DNA of 64,000 nucleotides, taken from assembly GCA_963849365.1 (NCBI GenBank), contig CAWKHA010000004.1, positions 1,570,051-1,634,050 of the forward strand, given 5' to 3'. The translations under genes and the position numbers were made by a program. The DNA comes from an uncultured Actinomycetota bacterium (GTDB lineage Bacteria; Actinomycetota; Actinomycetes; Prado026). Positions 43,808-52,305 of this stretch are shown here, piece by piece (within the stretch, counting starts at the first letter, position 1; each line of letters begins with the position of its first letter). Under the pieces are notes generated by a model. It was not told the DNA's origin. It made no database searches and worked only from the letters and a program-made list of their open reading frames with translations.

Positions 43808-44629
43808 TCAGGCGAAGCCGAAGTCGCGGAGGTCGTCGTTCATCTGCACCTTCCGGTCGGTGGACTCGCCACGCTTTCCCACGATGAGCGCACAGGCGAC
43901 CTGGTAGTCACCGCTAGGGAAGGTGCGCGCACGCGTGCCCGGCACCACGATGGAACCCGCCGGGACGCGCCCCTTGTAGGTCACCGGCTCCGGACCGGTC
44001 ACGTCGATGATGTGGCTGGACCCCGTCAGGCATGTCTGAGCGGCGATCACGGCGCCTTCCTCGACGATGACGCCCTCCACGATGATGGAACGCGAGCCGA
44101 TGAACGCGCCGTCCTCGATGATCACGGGGCGTGCGCCGGGCGGCTCGAGAACCCCGCCGATCCCGACGCCACCGGACAGGTGCACGTTCTTGCCGATCTG
44201 AGCGCAGCTGCCAACCGTCGCCCATGCGTCCACCAGGGTGCCGCGGTCGACGTAGGCGCCGATGTTGACGAAGCCGAGGGCGATGATGACCTCGGGCGCC
44301 ACGTACGACCCGTAGCGAACCACGGAGCCGGCGGTGATCCGGTTGCCACGAGCGAGGATGTCGCGCTTGATCGGGATCCGGTCGTGGTACTCCATCGGCC
44401 CCGCGCGCTCGACAATCATCGGCGCCACGTGGAAGTACTGCAGGATCGCCTGCTGCACCCACGTGTTGACCTGCCACTCGCCGTCGATCTTCTCAGCGAT
44501 GCGCAGCATGCCGCGGTCGAGGCAGTCGATGGTCTCCTCGATGGCCGCGCGGTGGCCAGGCGATTCACGAGCGGTGGGATCGTCCACCACCTCGTTGACC
44601 AACTTCTCCAGCTCAGCGACTTCGGACAC
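43808..44629 (-). CDS. dapD: tetrahydrodipicolinate N-succinyltransferase-type hexapeptide acyltransferase (proteobacterial short form)
   Basis: NIGAYVDRGTLVDAWATVGSCAQIGKNVHLSGGVGIGGVLEPPGARPVIIEDGAFIGSRSIIVEGVIVEEG is close to identical in pattern to E. coli DapD as I recall it. GTG 44629 follows GAAGGAG. Confidence 0.85.
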   Translation of the reverse strand: MSEVAELEKLVNEVVDDPTARESPGHRAAIEETIDCLDRGMLRIAEKIDGEWQVNTWVQQAILQYFHVAPMIVERAGPMEYHDRIPIKRDILARGNRITAGSVVRYGSYVAPEVIIALGFVNIGAYVDRGTLVDAWATVGSCAQIGKNVHLSGGVGIGGVLEPPGARPVIIEDGAFIGSRSIIVEGVIVEEGAVIAAQTCLTGSSHIIDVTGPEPVTYKGRVPAGSIVVPGTRARTFPSGDYQVACALIVGKRGESTDRKVQMNDDLRDFGFA

Positions 44630-44692
44630 GCATGAACTCCTTCGAAGTCGATCGGCCGGTCGGGCGGCGGGGCCTACAACTGACGGCATACG

Positions 44693-44709
44693 ATATCGCA
44701 TGCCGATTC
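44693..44709. promoter_or_regulatory. RTATCG-N5-CGATAY box upstream of the dapD-like gene
   Basis: ATATCG catgc CGATTC. The 16-mer GATATCGCATGCCGAT is repeated exactly at 46358. Confidence 0.6.
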
Positions 44710-44742
44710 TGATGTCGAGTCTGTCGTGCAGCCAGCCCCATG

Positions 44743-46218
44743 TCAGTAGGACAGGTACACCGTCTTGGACTCGGTGAAGAACTGGCGGGCGGCCTTGCCC
44801 AGCTCCCGGCCGCCGGACCCGCTGTCCTTCATGCCGCCGAAAGGGACCTGGAGCTCGATGCCCGACGTCCCCTGATTAATGCGGACGATGCCCGCTCGAA
44901 CCTCGGACGTGAACTGCATGGCCCGGTGCAGATCGCGGGTGAACAGGCTCGCGCTCAGCCCGTACGGAGTGTCGTTGGCCAGATGCAGGGCCTCGTCGAA
45001 GGTGTCGACCGGCAGCACCGCCACCACCGGGCCAAAGACCTCGTCCTGGGCGATGGGGTCGTTCGGCTGGACGTCGACGAACACGGTGGGCGGGACGAAG
45101 TAGCCCTCGGCCAGATCGCCGTCGGCCCGCGAACCGCCGGCAATGGCACGAGCGCCCGCCTGATGCGCGGCGGCCAGGTGCCCGAGCACGTCCTGCAGGT
45201 GTTGGGCCGAGGCCAGCGGGCCGAGGGTGGTGCGCGGATCGAGCGGGTCGCCCAGACGCCAGTCCTGCGCACGCTCACACAGGCGCTGGAGCAAGGGCTC
45301 GACCACTGACTTCTCGACGATGACCCGGCTGGTCGCGGTGCACTTCTGGCCGGATCCGCCGAACGCGGCCACGGAGATCTGCTCGGCGGCCAGGTCCAGG
45401 TCGGCATCAGCGAGCACCACGGCCGGGTTCTTACCGCCCAACTCCAGCTGCACCTTCTTGCCGCGGGTCGCGGCCTTGGCCTGCAGTGCACGGCCGACCT
45501 GCGTCGAGCCGGTGAAGGTCACGGCGTCGATGCCGGGGTTCTGCACGAGCTCGTCCCCGACCACCGAGCCCTTGCCCAGGACGAGATTCAGGACGCCGTT
45601 GGGGATGCCAGCGTCGACGAGAGCCTGGGAGAGGTGGACCGAGCTCAGCGGAACGACCTCCGCGGACTTCCAGACCACCGTGTTGCCGAACGCGAGGGCA
45701 GGCGCGAGCTTCCAGCTGGGCAGCGAGATCGGGAAGTTCCACGGTGTGATGACACTGACCACGCCCACCGGCTCGCTGCGCCGGAGCAGCAGCGTGTCGC
45801 TGTTGTGAGACGGGAAGGTCTCGCCGTCGGGGTCCAGCGTCTGCGCTGCGTAGTAGCGGAAGATCCGCGCGCCAAGGGCGACCTCGCGAAGGCTCTCGGC
45901 CTTGGTCTTGCCTTCTTCCCGGGACAGGTCGCGGGCGATGAGGTCCGCACGGGCATCCAGGATGTTGGCGGTCCGCTCGAGCAGCTCGCCGCGCGCCGGT
46001 GCCGCGGTCCGCCGCCAGCGTGTGGAAGCCTCGCCGGCGGCGTCGACAGCGGCACGGGCCAGATCGACATCCGCGAGATGCGTCAGGGCCACATGCTCCG
46101 AGGGGTCCGCCGGGTTCACGTCGGGCGATGTGGCCGGTCCGGAGTGCCAGCTTCCAGCGACGAACGAGCTCAACTCGGGAATCAGCGTCGACGACGCCGG
46201 TGTGGCCGCATCCAGCAT
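44743..46218 (-). CDS. NAD(P)-dependent aldehyde dehydrogenase
   Basis: ITPWNFPISLPSWKLAPALAFGNTVVWK, ELGGKNPAVV, and FGGSGQKCTATSR with the catalytic Cys. Confidence 0.85.
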   Translation of the reverse strand: MLDAATPASSTLIPELSSFVAGSWHSGPATSPDVNPADPSEHVALTHLADVDLARAAVDAAGEASTRWRRTAAPARGELLERTANILDARADLIARDLSREEGKTKAESLREVALGARIFRYYAAQTLDPDGETFPSHNSDTLLLRRSEPVGVVSVITPWNFPISLPSWKLAPALAFGNTVVWKSAEVVPLSSVHLSQALVDAGIPNGVLNLVLGKGSVVGDELVQNPGIDAVTFTGSTQVGRALQAKAATRGKKVQLELGGKNPAVVLADADLDLAAEQISVAAFGGSGQKCTATSRVIVEKSVVEPLLQRLCERAQDWRLGDPLDPRTTLGPLASAQHLQDVLGHLAAAHQAGARAIAGGSRADGDLAEGYFVPPTVFVDVQPNDPIAQDEVFGPVVAVLPVDTFDEALHLANDTPYGLSASLFTRDLHRAMQFTSEVRAGIVRINQGTSGIELQVPFGGMKDSGSGGRELGKAARQFFTESKTVYLSY

Positions 46219-46345
46219 GGCTAGGCACTTCCGATCTCGTAGGACTCGCCAACGCAGTCCGAAGGCGGCACGGAGCAGCCGGGAACTCGCCTCAGTTCCG
46301 TGCGAGACGGCGACCGCCTACCCATCCTCAGGACATGCGGCTATG

Positions 46346-46375
46346 GTATCAGGCCGTGATATCGCATGCCGATGG
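46346..46375. promoter_or_regulatory. two overlapping RTATCG-N5-CGATAY boxes in the aldehyde dehydrogenase / M20 peptidase divergent region
   Basis: GTATCA ggccg TGATAT (46346-62) and ATATCG catgc CGATGG (46359-75). TATGGT -10 at 46342-47. Confidence 0.65.
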
Positions 46376-47555
46376 TTGGGACGGGCCGGCAGGTGGCCTC
46401 GGCGGCCCCGCGGCCAAGGCGGTCCGGACCAGTCTGGAACGCCGGGTCGTCGAGATGACGGCGGTGCTCGGTGAGCTCGTCACCGCGGAGTCGTCGACCG
46501 ACGACCCGCAGGGACTGGCGAGGGTCGCGGAGCTGCTCGAGTCGATGCTGGCGCCCTACGGGACGATCGAGCGACGCCCGTCGGCAACCCATGGAGTGGA
46601 CCACCTTCTCCTCAACGTGCCCGGCGAGCATGCGCAGCTCCCACCCGCGGTGGTGCTGGGTCACTTCGACACCGTGTGGGCCCGCGGGACGATCGAGCAC
46701 ATTCCGTTCCGGGTCAGTGACGTCGGCGTGGTGACCGGACCGGGCTGCTTCGACATGAAGGGCGGTCTGGTCCTTCTGCTGTTCGCCCTGCGAGAGCTGG
46801 CTGCGCTCGGGGTCCGGCCGCGCCGCCCGGTGCGGATCGTGCTCAATGCCGACGAGGAGGTCGGCAGTCCCAGCTCCCGAGGACTCATTGCCGAGGCCGC
46901 GGACGGGGCCGCCGTCGCGCTCGTGCTCGAGGGCCCGCTCCCGGGCGGGACCTTGAAGACAGCGCGCAAGGGGAGCGCCAGCTACACCGTCACGATCACC
47001 GGCCGGGCCGCCCACTCCGGCATCGAGCCAGACAAGGGTGTCAGCGCTGTCCTCGAGCTGGCCCATCAGGTGCTGGCGATGGATGCGCTGAACCACCCCG
47101 ACCGCGGCACGACCGTGAACGTCGGGGTGGTCAGCGGTGGGTCCAGGGTGAACGTCGTTCCGGGGAACGCGGAGGCCAGGATCCACGTACGCAGCGTGAG
47201 CGCCGGCGAAGCCGATCGAGTCCGGGCCGCCCTGCAGGACCTGCAGCCACACCTGCCCGGCGCCAAGATCGACGTGCTCGCCGGGCTGGCGCGCGAGCCG
47301 ATGGAGCGGACGCCGCAGATCGGACAGCTGTTCGCCACGGCAGCGGCCATCGCCGCCGAGATGGGCGTCTGCGACCTGCGGGAGGGATCGACCGGCGGCG
47401 CGAGCGACGGCAATCTCGTCGCGGCGCTCGGCATCCCGACGTTGGACGGCCTCGGCCCAGAAGGGGGTGGCGCTCATGCCGATCACGAGCATGTCGTCGC
47501 CGCCAGCCTGCCACGACGGGCCGCGCTGCTCGCCGGACTGCTCTGCGAGGTCTGA
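46356..47555 (+). CDS. M20-family metallopeptidase (carboxypeptidase G2 / DapE-ArgE deacylase-like)
   Basis: GHFDTVW, DMKGG, NADEEVGS and GGAHADHEHV blocks. GTG 46356 is 8 nt after TATGGT, a leaderless candidate. ATG 46455 is an alternative start. Confidence 0.8.
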   Translation: MISHADGWDGPAGGLGGPAAKAVRTSLERRVVEMTAVLGELVTAESSTDDPQGLARVAELLESMLAPYGTIERRPSATHGVDHLLLNVPGEHAQLPPAVVLGHFDTVWARGTIEHIPFRVSDVGVVTGPGCFDMKGGLVLLLFALRELAALGVRPRRPVRIVLNADEEVGSPSSRGLIAEAADGAAVALVLEGPLPGGTLKTARKGSASYTVTITGRAAHSGIEPDKGVSAVLELAHQVLAMDALNHPDRGTTVNVGVVSGGSRVNVVPGNAEARIHVRSVSAGEADRVRAALQDLQPHLPGAKIDVLAGLAREPMERTPQIGQLFATAAAIAAEMGVCDLREGSTGGASDGNLVAALGIPTLDGLGPEGGGAHADHEHVVAASLPRRAALLAGLLCEV

Positions 47556-47563
47556 CGGCTATG

Positions 47564-47580
47564 ATGTCGGATGGCGATAT
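47564..47580. promoter_or_regulatory. RTATCG-N5-CGATAY box upstream of the 2-oxoacid dehydrogenase operon
   Basis: ATGTCG gatgg CGATAT. TATAGT -10 at 47584-89, with GTG 47598 eight nt later. Confidence 0.65.
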
Positions 47581-47597
47581 CGCTATAGTGACCCCGT

Positions 47598-48668
47598 GTG
47601 GGTGACCGACCGGAGTCCGCGAGGCGACAGATGCCAGAGCAGCTGCAGCAGATACTGACTCCCGAGGGGGTCCTGGTCGCCGAGGCGCCGGTGGACCTCG
47701 ATGGCGCGGTGCAGCTGTACCGATGGATGGTGGAAGCGCGCGTCTACGACAAGAAGGGCGTCGCGCTGCAGAAGCAGGGCAGGCTCGCGACCTACGCGCC
47801 GTTCGAGGGCCAGGAGGCCGCTCAGGTCGGCAGTGCCGCCGTTCTCCGCCCGGACGACTGGGTCGTTCCGTCGTATCGCGATCCGATCCCGATGTGGATG
47901 CAGGGCTATCCGATGGACCTGCTCTTCGCGGCGCGGCGCGGCACAGAGCTGGGAAACTCTCCGCCACCGGGGGTGAACGTCCTGCCGCCGTCGATCACCG
48001 TCGGTGGACACATGGTCCATGCCGTGGGACTCGCGTGGGCGGAGCAGCTGCGTGGCACCGGTCGAGTGGCCATGACGTACTTCGGTGACGGCGCGACCTC
48101 CGAGGGTGACTTCCACGAGGCGATGAACTTCGCCGGCGTCATGAAGGCCGGCTGTGTGTTCCTGTGCCAGAACAACGGGTGGGCGATCTCCCTGCCGTTC
48201 GAGGAGCAGAGCGGGTCTGCGACTGTCGCGGCGAAGGGGGCCGCCTACGGCATGCCCGGTGTGCGTGTGGACGGCAACGACGTCTTCGCGGTGTATCAGG
48301 CGTCCCGGCAGGCGGTCGACCTGGCTCGCGAGGGCGGCGGTCCGACCCTGATCGAGGCGGTGACCTACCGGATGGGACCGCACAGCACCGCGGACGACCC
48401 CAGCCGTTACCGCGACTCGGAGATGCTGACCGGCTGGCGCGAGCGTGATCCGCTGGAGCGCCTGCGTCGGTACCTGGCAGCGGCGGATCGATGGACGCCT
48501 CAGTGGCAGGCCGAGCTCGAGGAGCAGGGGTCGCAACGCGTCCTGGACGCGGTGTCGGCCGCCGAGCTGCTCGACCCGTTCACGCCTGGCGAGCTGTTCG
48601 ACGCGATGTTCGCCGTGCTGCCGCCGGCGCTCGCCAAGCAGCGCGCCCAGGCCGTGGAGGAGGCCTGA
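47598..48668 (+). CDS. 2-oxoacid dehydrogenase E1 component, alpha subunit (TPP-binding)
   Basis: YFGDGATSEGDFHEAMNFAGV...FLCQNNGWAIS TPP motif and YRMGPHSTADDPSRYR. Confidence 0.85.
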   Translation: MGDRPESARRQMPEQLQQILTPEGVLVAEAPVDLDGAVQLYRWMVEARVYDKKGVALQKQGRLATYAPFEGQEAAQVGSAAVLRPDDWVVPSYRDPIPMWMQGYPMDLLFAARRGTELGNSPPPGVNVLPPSITVGGHMVHAVGLAWAEQLRGTGRVAMTYFGDGATSEGDFHEAMNFAGVMKAGCVFLCQNNGWAISLPFEEQSGSATVAAKGAAYGMPGVRVDGNDVFAVYQASRQAVDLAREGGGPTLIEAVTYRMGPHSTADDPSRYRDSEMLTGWRERDPLERLRRYLAAADRWTPQWQAELEEQGSQRVLDAVSAAELLDPFTPGELFDAMFAVLPPALAKQRAQAVEEA

Positions 48669-49645
48669 TGGCCAGCCGTACCTTTGCCCAGGCTCTCAAC
48701 CTCGCGCTCGACACGGCGCTGACCCAGTACGACGACGTCGTCGTCCTGGGGGAGGACGTTGGCCGCACCGGCGGCGTCTTCCGCATCACTGACGGCCTGC
48801 GCGACCGGCACGGCCCCAACCGCGTGATCGACTCCCCGCTGGCGGAGTCGGGCATCGTGGGGGTCGGCCTGGGAATGGCGATCGCCGGCCTGCGTCCGGT
48901 GCTCGAGCTTCAGTTCATGGGGTTCTCCTATCCCGCCTTCGACCAGATCATCAGCCACGTGTCGAGAGTCCGTAACCGAAGCCGGCACCGATTCACCGCG
49001 CCGCTGGTGATCCGGATCCCCTTCGGCGGCGGCATCGGCGCGGCCGAGCACCACTCGGAGTCGGCCGAGGCGATCTATGCGCACACCCCGGGCCTGAAGG
49101 TCGTGGTGGCCTCCCGGCCGAGCGACGCGGCCAGCATGCTGCTGGCCGCGATCGAGGATCCCGACCCCGTCATCTTCCTCGAGCCCATCCGGCTGTACCG
49201 GGCGGTCAAAGAGGAGATGTCGGACACGGTCACCGCAGGTGGGCTCGGGACCGCAGCGCTGGACCGTGCCGGTGACGACATCACGCTGGTCTCCTGGGGG
49301 GCGATGATGACGGAGACGCGAAAGGCCGCCGACGCCCTCGCGGACGCCGGGATCTCGGCGGAGGTCGTCGACATGCGGAGCCTCGCCCCGATCGACATCG
49401 GCCCGCTCGCGGAATCCGTGCGCAAGACCGGTCGAGGAGTGGTCATCCACGAAGCGCCGCGCAGCGCTGGCCTCGGCGCCGAGATCATCGCTCAGCTGCA
49501 GGAGCACTGCGCTTACGACCTCGAGGCGCCGGTCGCCCGGGTGACCGGCTGGGACACGGTCTTCCCGTTGAAGATGGCCGAGCACCACTACCTGCCCAGC
49601 GTGCAACGGATCGTCGCGGCGGCCAAGGGGGTGCTCGACGCATGA
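48668..49645 (+). CDS. 2-oxoacid dehydrogenase E1 component, beta subunit
   Basis: VVVLGEDVGRTGGVFRIT, VIDSPLAESGIVG and HSESAEAIYAHTPGLKVV. ATG overlaps the alpha-subunit stop (TGATG). Confidence 0.85.
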   Translation: MASRTFAQALNLALDTALTQYDDVVVLGEDVGRTGGVFRITDGLRDRHGPNRVIDSPLAESGIVGVGLGMAIAGLRPVLELQFMGFSYPAFDQIISHVSRVRNRSRHRFTAPLVIRIPFGGGIGAAEHHSESAEAIYAHTPGLKVVVASRPSDAASMLLAAIEDPDPVIFLEPIRLYRAVKEEMSDTVTAGGLGTAALDRAGDDITLVSWGAMMTETRKAADALADAGISAEVVDMRSLAPIDIGPLAESVRKTGRGVVIHEAPRSAGLGAEIIAQLQEHCAYDLEAPVARVTGWDTVFPLKMAEHHYLPSVQRIVAAAKGVLDA

Positions 49646-50886
49646 CAGCTCGGGAGTTCCTGCTGCCGGACATCGGCGAGGGCCTGGTCGAGGCGGAGAT
49701 CGTGCACTGGCTGGTCCCGGTCGGCGGCGAGGTGAAGGTCGACGAGTCGCTGGTCGAGGTCGAGACAGCCAAAGCCGTCACCGAGATCCCGAGCCCGTTC
49801 GCGGGCACGGTGATCTACCACGGCGCGGCGGAGGGCGAGATGCTCGAGGTCGGGCGCACGCTAGTGGTCATCGGCGACCCGGCTGAGGTGTGGCCCGTTG
49901 CCACCGACGGTCGACCCACCAGCAGCGCGGACGCCCGTCCCATCGTCGGAAGCCTGGTTGAGGATCCGGTGGATCTGACGCCCGCGCCCGCGGCTGCCGG
50001 GGGGCTGGCCACGCGGTCAGCCGCCATGCCACTGGTGCGCCGGCTGGCCAAGGATCTCGGTGTGGACCTGGGCGGCATCACCGGCACCGGGCGGGACGGC
50101 CGCATCACTCGTGGCGATGTCGAGGCGGCCGCGGCCCGGACGCGGTCGGGTCAGGCGACCACTTCGCCGCAGGGGCGGCACGAGCCGCCGGCCTCGCGCG
50201 ACGGTGACGACCGACAGCCGCTGGGTCGGCTGCGGTCCAGGATCGCGGCGAACGTGAGCCGCTCCTGGGCGGAGATCCCCCAGGTGACGGCCTTCGACGA
50301 GGTCGACGCGACGCGGCTGTTGGCGGCACGGTCGGTGCTGCAGAAGCGCCTGGGCGTTCCGATGCCCATCGACGCGCTGGTCGTGGCCTCCCTGATCTCG
50401 GCACTTCGTGAGGTGCCGGTCCTGAACGCCGCCCTGGACGGTGATGAGATCGTCTACCACTCCCAGCATGACATCGGCGTTGCCGTGGACACCCCGGATG
50501 GTGTCGTAGTCGCGGTGATCGCGGACGCCGGCAACATGGGCGTGACTCAGCTGGCAGCTGAGGTGACCAGACTCAGCGAGAGCGCCAGAAGCCAGTCGCT
50601 GCGCCCGCGCGAGCTCACGGGTCAGAGCTTCACGCTGTCCAACATCGGCGCCGCGAACGGTGGCTGGGGCACACCGCTGGTGCCGTACGGCACGGTCGCG
50701 ATCCTGTCGATCGGCCGGGCGAAGGACCGCCCCATCGCTCGGGACGGTCAGCTGGCCGTTGCCCCAGTGATGCCGTTGTCGCTGTCGTTCGATCACCGTG
50801 TCGCCGACGGGGCGTCGGGTCGGCGATTCCTGACGGTCCTGATCGAGAACCTCAGCGAGCCGGCCCTGCTCCTCGCCAACGGTTGA
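49642..50886 (+). CDS. dihydrolipoamide acyltransferase E2 component
   Basis: Lipoyl domain LVEVETAKAVTEIPSPFAG, peripheral-subunit-binding segment, and catalytic DHRVADG. ATGA overlap with E1 beta. Confidence 0.85.
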   Translation: MTAREFLLPDIGEGLVEAEIVHWLVPVGGEVKVDESLVEVETAKAVTEIPSPFAGTVIYHGAAEGEMLEVGRTLVVIGDPAEVWPVATDGRPTSSADARPIVGSLVEDPVDLTPAPAAAGGLATRSAAMPLVRRLAKDLGVDLGGITGTGRDGRITRGDVEAAAARTRSGQATTSPQGRHEPPASRDGDDRQPLGRLRSRIAANVSRSWAEIPQVTAFDEVDATRLLAARSVLQKRLGVPMPIDALVVASLISALREVPVLNAALDGDEIVYHSQHDIGVAVDTPDGVVVAVIADAGNMGVTQLAAEVTRLSESARSQSLRPRELTGQSFTLSNIGAANGGWGTPLVPYGTVAILSIGRAKDRPIARDGQLAVAPVMPLSLSFDHRVADGASGRRFLTVLIENLSEPALLLANG

Positions 50887-50892
50887 TGCCCG

Positions 50893-51414
50893 CTAGGGCA
50901 CGAACGGCGTGCAGGCCGCCGCCACGTCGATGCAGACGGCGCGGGCCCGGATCTTCCACTGGTCACCGCGCTTGACCAGGTTGTCGCAGATCAGACCGGC
51001 GACGGTTCGGGACACTGAGCTGCTGTTGTCGAGCACTCCGTAGTGGTAGACGCACGTCCAGGCCTCGGTGAGATCGTCGGACAACCGCACGACCAGGTTG
51101 CCGAACCGGTGATGCTGATGCGGGAGGTCGCGATGCATCGCCTCGTAGTTGGCCCGGATCGCGTCGGCGCCGGACGCTTGACCGCGACTGTTGGTGAGGG
51201 CGGCGTCAGGCGTGAAGAAGGCCATGAGGCCGTCGATGTCGCCGGAGTCCCAGGTGTAGGCGTAGCGGGCCACCAGGTCGTGCAGGGCCAGCTCCTCGCT
51301 GAGGTACTGCAGACTCGGACGGCCTGGTCGAGGGCGCCGCAGCTGGGCGCGTGCCCACTCCCAGGCGGTCGAGGCGCCGACGTCCGGCGCGAACGCGCTC
51401 GTCAGGGCCGACAT
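50893..51414 (-). CDS. SnoaL-like / NTF2-fold protein (paralog 3 of 3)
   Basis: YAYTWDSGDIDGLMAFFTPDAALTNSRG...HHRFGNLVV...AWTCVYHY...GDQWKIRARAV. TAGTAT -10 (51428-23, minus strand) lies 8 nt before ATG 51414. ATG 51432 is an alternative start. Confidence 0.7.
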   Translation of the reverse strand: MSALTSAFAPDVGASTAWEWARAQLRRPRPGRPSLQYLSEELALHDLVARYAYTWDSGDIDGLMAFFTPDAALTNSRGQASGADAIRANYEAMHRDLPHQHHRFGNLVVRLSDDLTEAWTCVYHYGVLDNSSSVSRTVAGLICDNLVKRGDQWKIRARAVCIDVAAACTPFVP

Positions 51415-51438
51415 GAGGCGACATACTAACATCTAGCG

Positions 51439-51455
51439 ATATCGGTAACCGATGA
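51439..51455. promoter_or_regulatory. RTATCG-N5-CGATAY box between SnoaL 3 and the enoyl-CoA hydratase gene
   Basis: ATATCG gtaac CGATGA. TACTCT -10 (51458-63) lies 7 nt before ATG 51471. Confidence 0.6.
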
Positions 51456-51470
51456 CATACTCTGCCGCCC

Positions 51471-52235
51471 ATGACGGAGGTCGGGTACCGGGTCATCGAC
51501 CATGTGGCTGTCATTGAGCTGACCGCGCCGGAACGGCGGAATGCTCTGACGCCGTCGACAGCGCTCGCGGTCGCCAGTGCGGTGGCCGAGGCCGATCACG
51601 ACGCCGAGGTCGGAGCCATCGTCGTCCACGGAGGGCCGCACTTCTGCGCAGGCGCCGACCTCAGCACGCTCAGCGATGCGCAGACCGATCCGGCTCACCC
51701 TGACAACTACAGCGCGGTAGGCCAGATCTACGAGGCGTTCCTGCGCCTGGGCGCGGCCGAGGCGCCGACGATTGCAGCGATCCGTGGCGCGGCTGTCGGC
51801 GCCGGCCTGAACCTCGCTCTCGCGGCCGACCTGCGCATCGTCGCCAAGGACGCGCGGCTGATGTCAGGTTTCGGCAGGATCGGCGCGCACCCTGGGGGCG
51901 GTCACTTCGCCCTGCTCACCCGCGCGGCCGGGCGCGAGGCCGGCGCGGCGATGGGGCTCTTCGGCGTCGAGGTGAGCGGCGCCCGCGCTGCCGAGATCGG
52001 GTTGGCCTGGGCAGCCGTCGACGATGCCGAGACCGAGTCGGTCGCCATGGAGCACGCACGGCGAGTGGCGGCGGATCCGGAGCTGGCCCGCGCCATGGTC
52101 ACGTCGTTCCGGCAGCAGGCCGACCTCCCCGGTCTGCCGTGGGCCGTGGCCGTTCAGCTCGAGCGTGGTCCGCAGATGTGGTCGCTGCGTCGAGCAGCTG
52201 ACGTCGACTCGGCACGCAACGGGCGGGGTCACTAG
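51471..52235 (+). CDS. enoyl-CoA hydratase/isomerase (crotonase) family
   Basis: RRNALT, FCAGADL and GAAVGAGLNLALAAD oxyanion-hole blocks. Confidence 0.85.
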   Translation: MTEVGYRVIDHVAVIELTAPERRNALTPSTALAVASAVAEADHDAEVGAIVVHGGPHFCAGADLSTLSDAQTDPAHPDNYSAVGQIYEAFLRLGAAEAPTIAAIRGAAVGAGLNLALAADLRIVAKDARLMSGFGRIGAHPGGGHFALLTRAAGREAGAAMGLFGVEVSGARAAEIGLAWAAVDDAETESVAMEHARRVAADPELARAMVTSFRQQADLPGLPWAVAVQLERGPQMWSLRRAADVDSARNGRGH

Positions 52236-52271
52236 AGACGTCCGGGCGGATCCAGCCGAAGCGGGCTCATG

Positions 52272-52288
52272 GTATCAGTCAGCGATAT
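52272..52288. promoter_or_regulatory. RTATCG-N5-CGATAY box upstream of the dapB-like gene
   Basis: GTATCA gtcag CGATAT. TGcTAGCGT extended -10 (52291-99), with GTG 52306 seven nt after it. Confidence 0.65.
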
Positions 52289-52305
52289 CGTGCTAGCGTA
52301 GAAGC

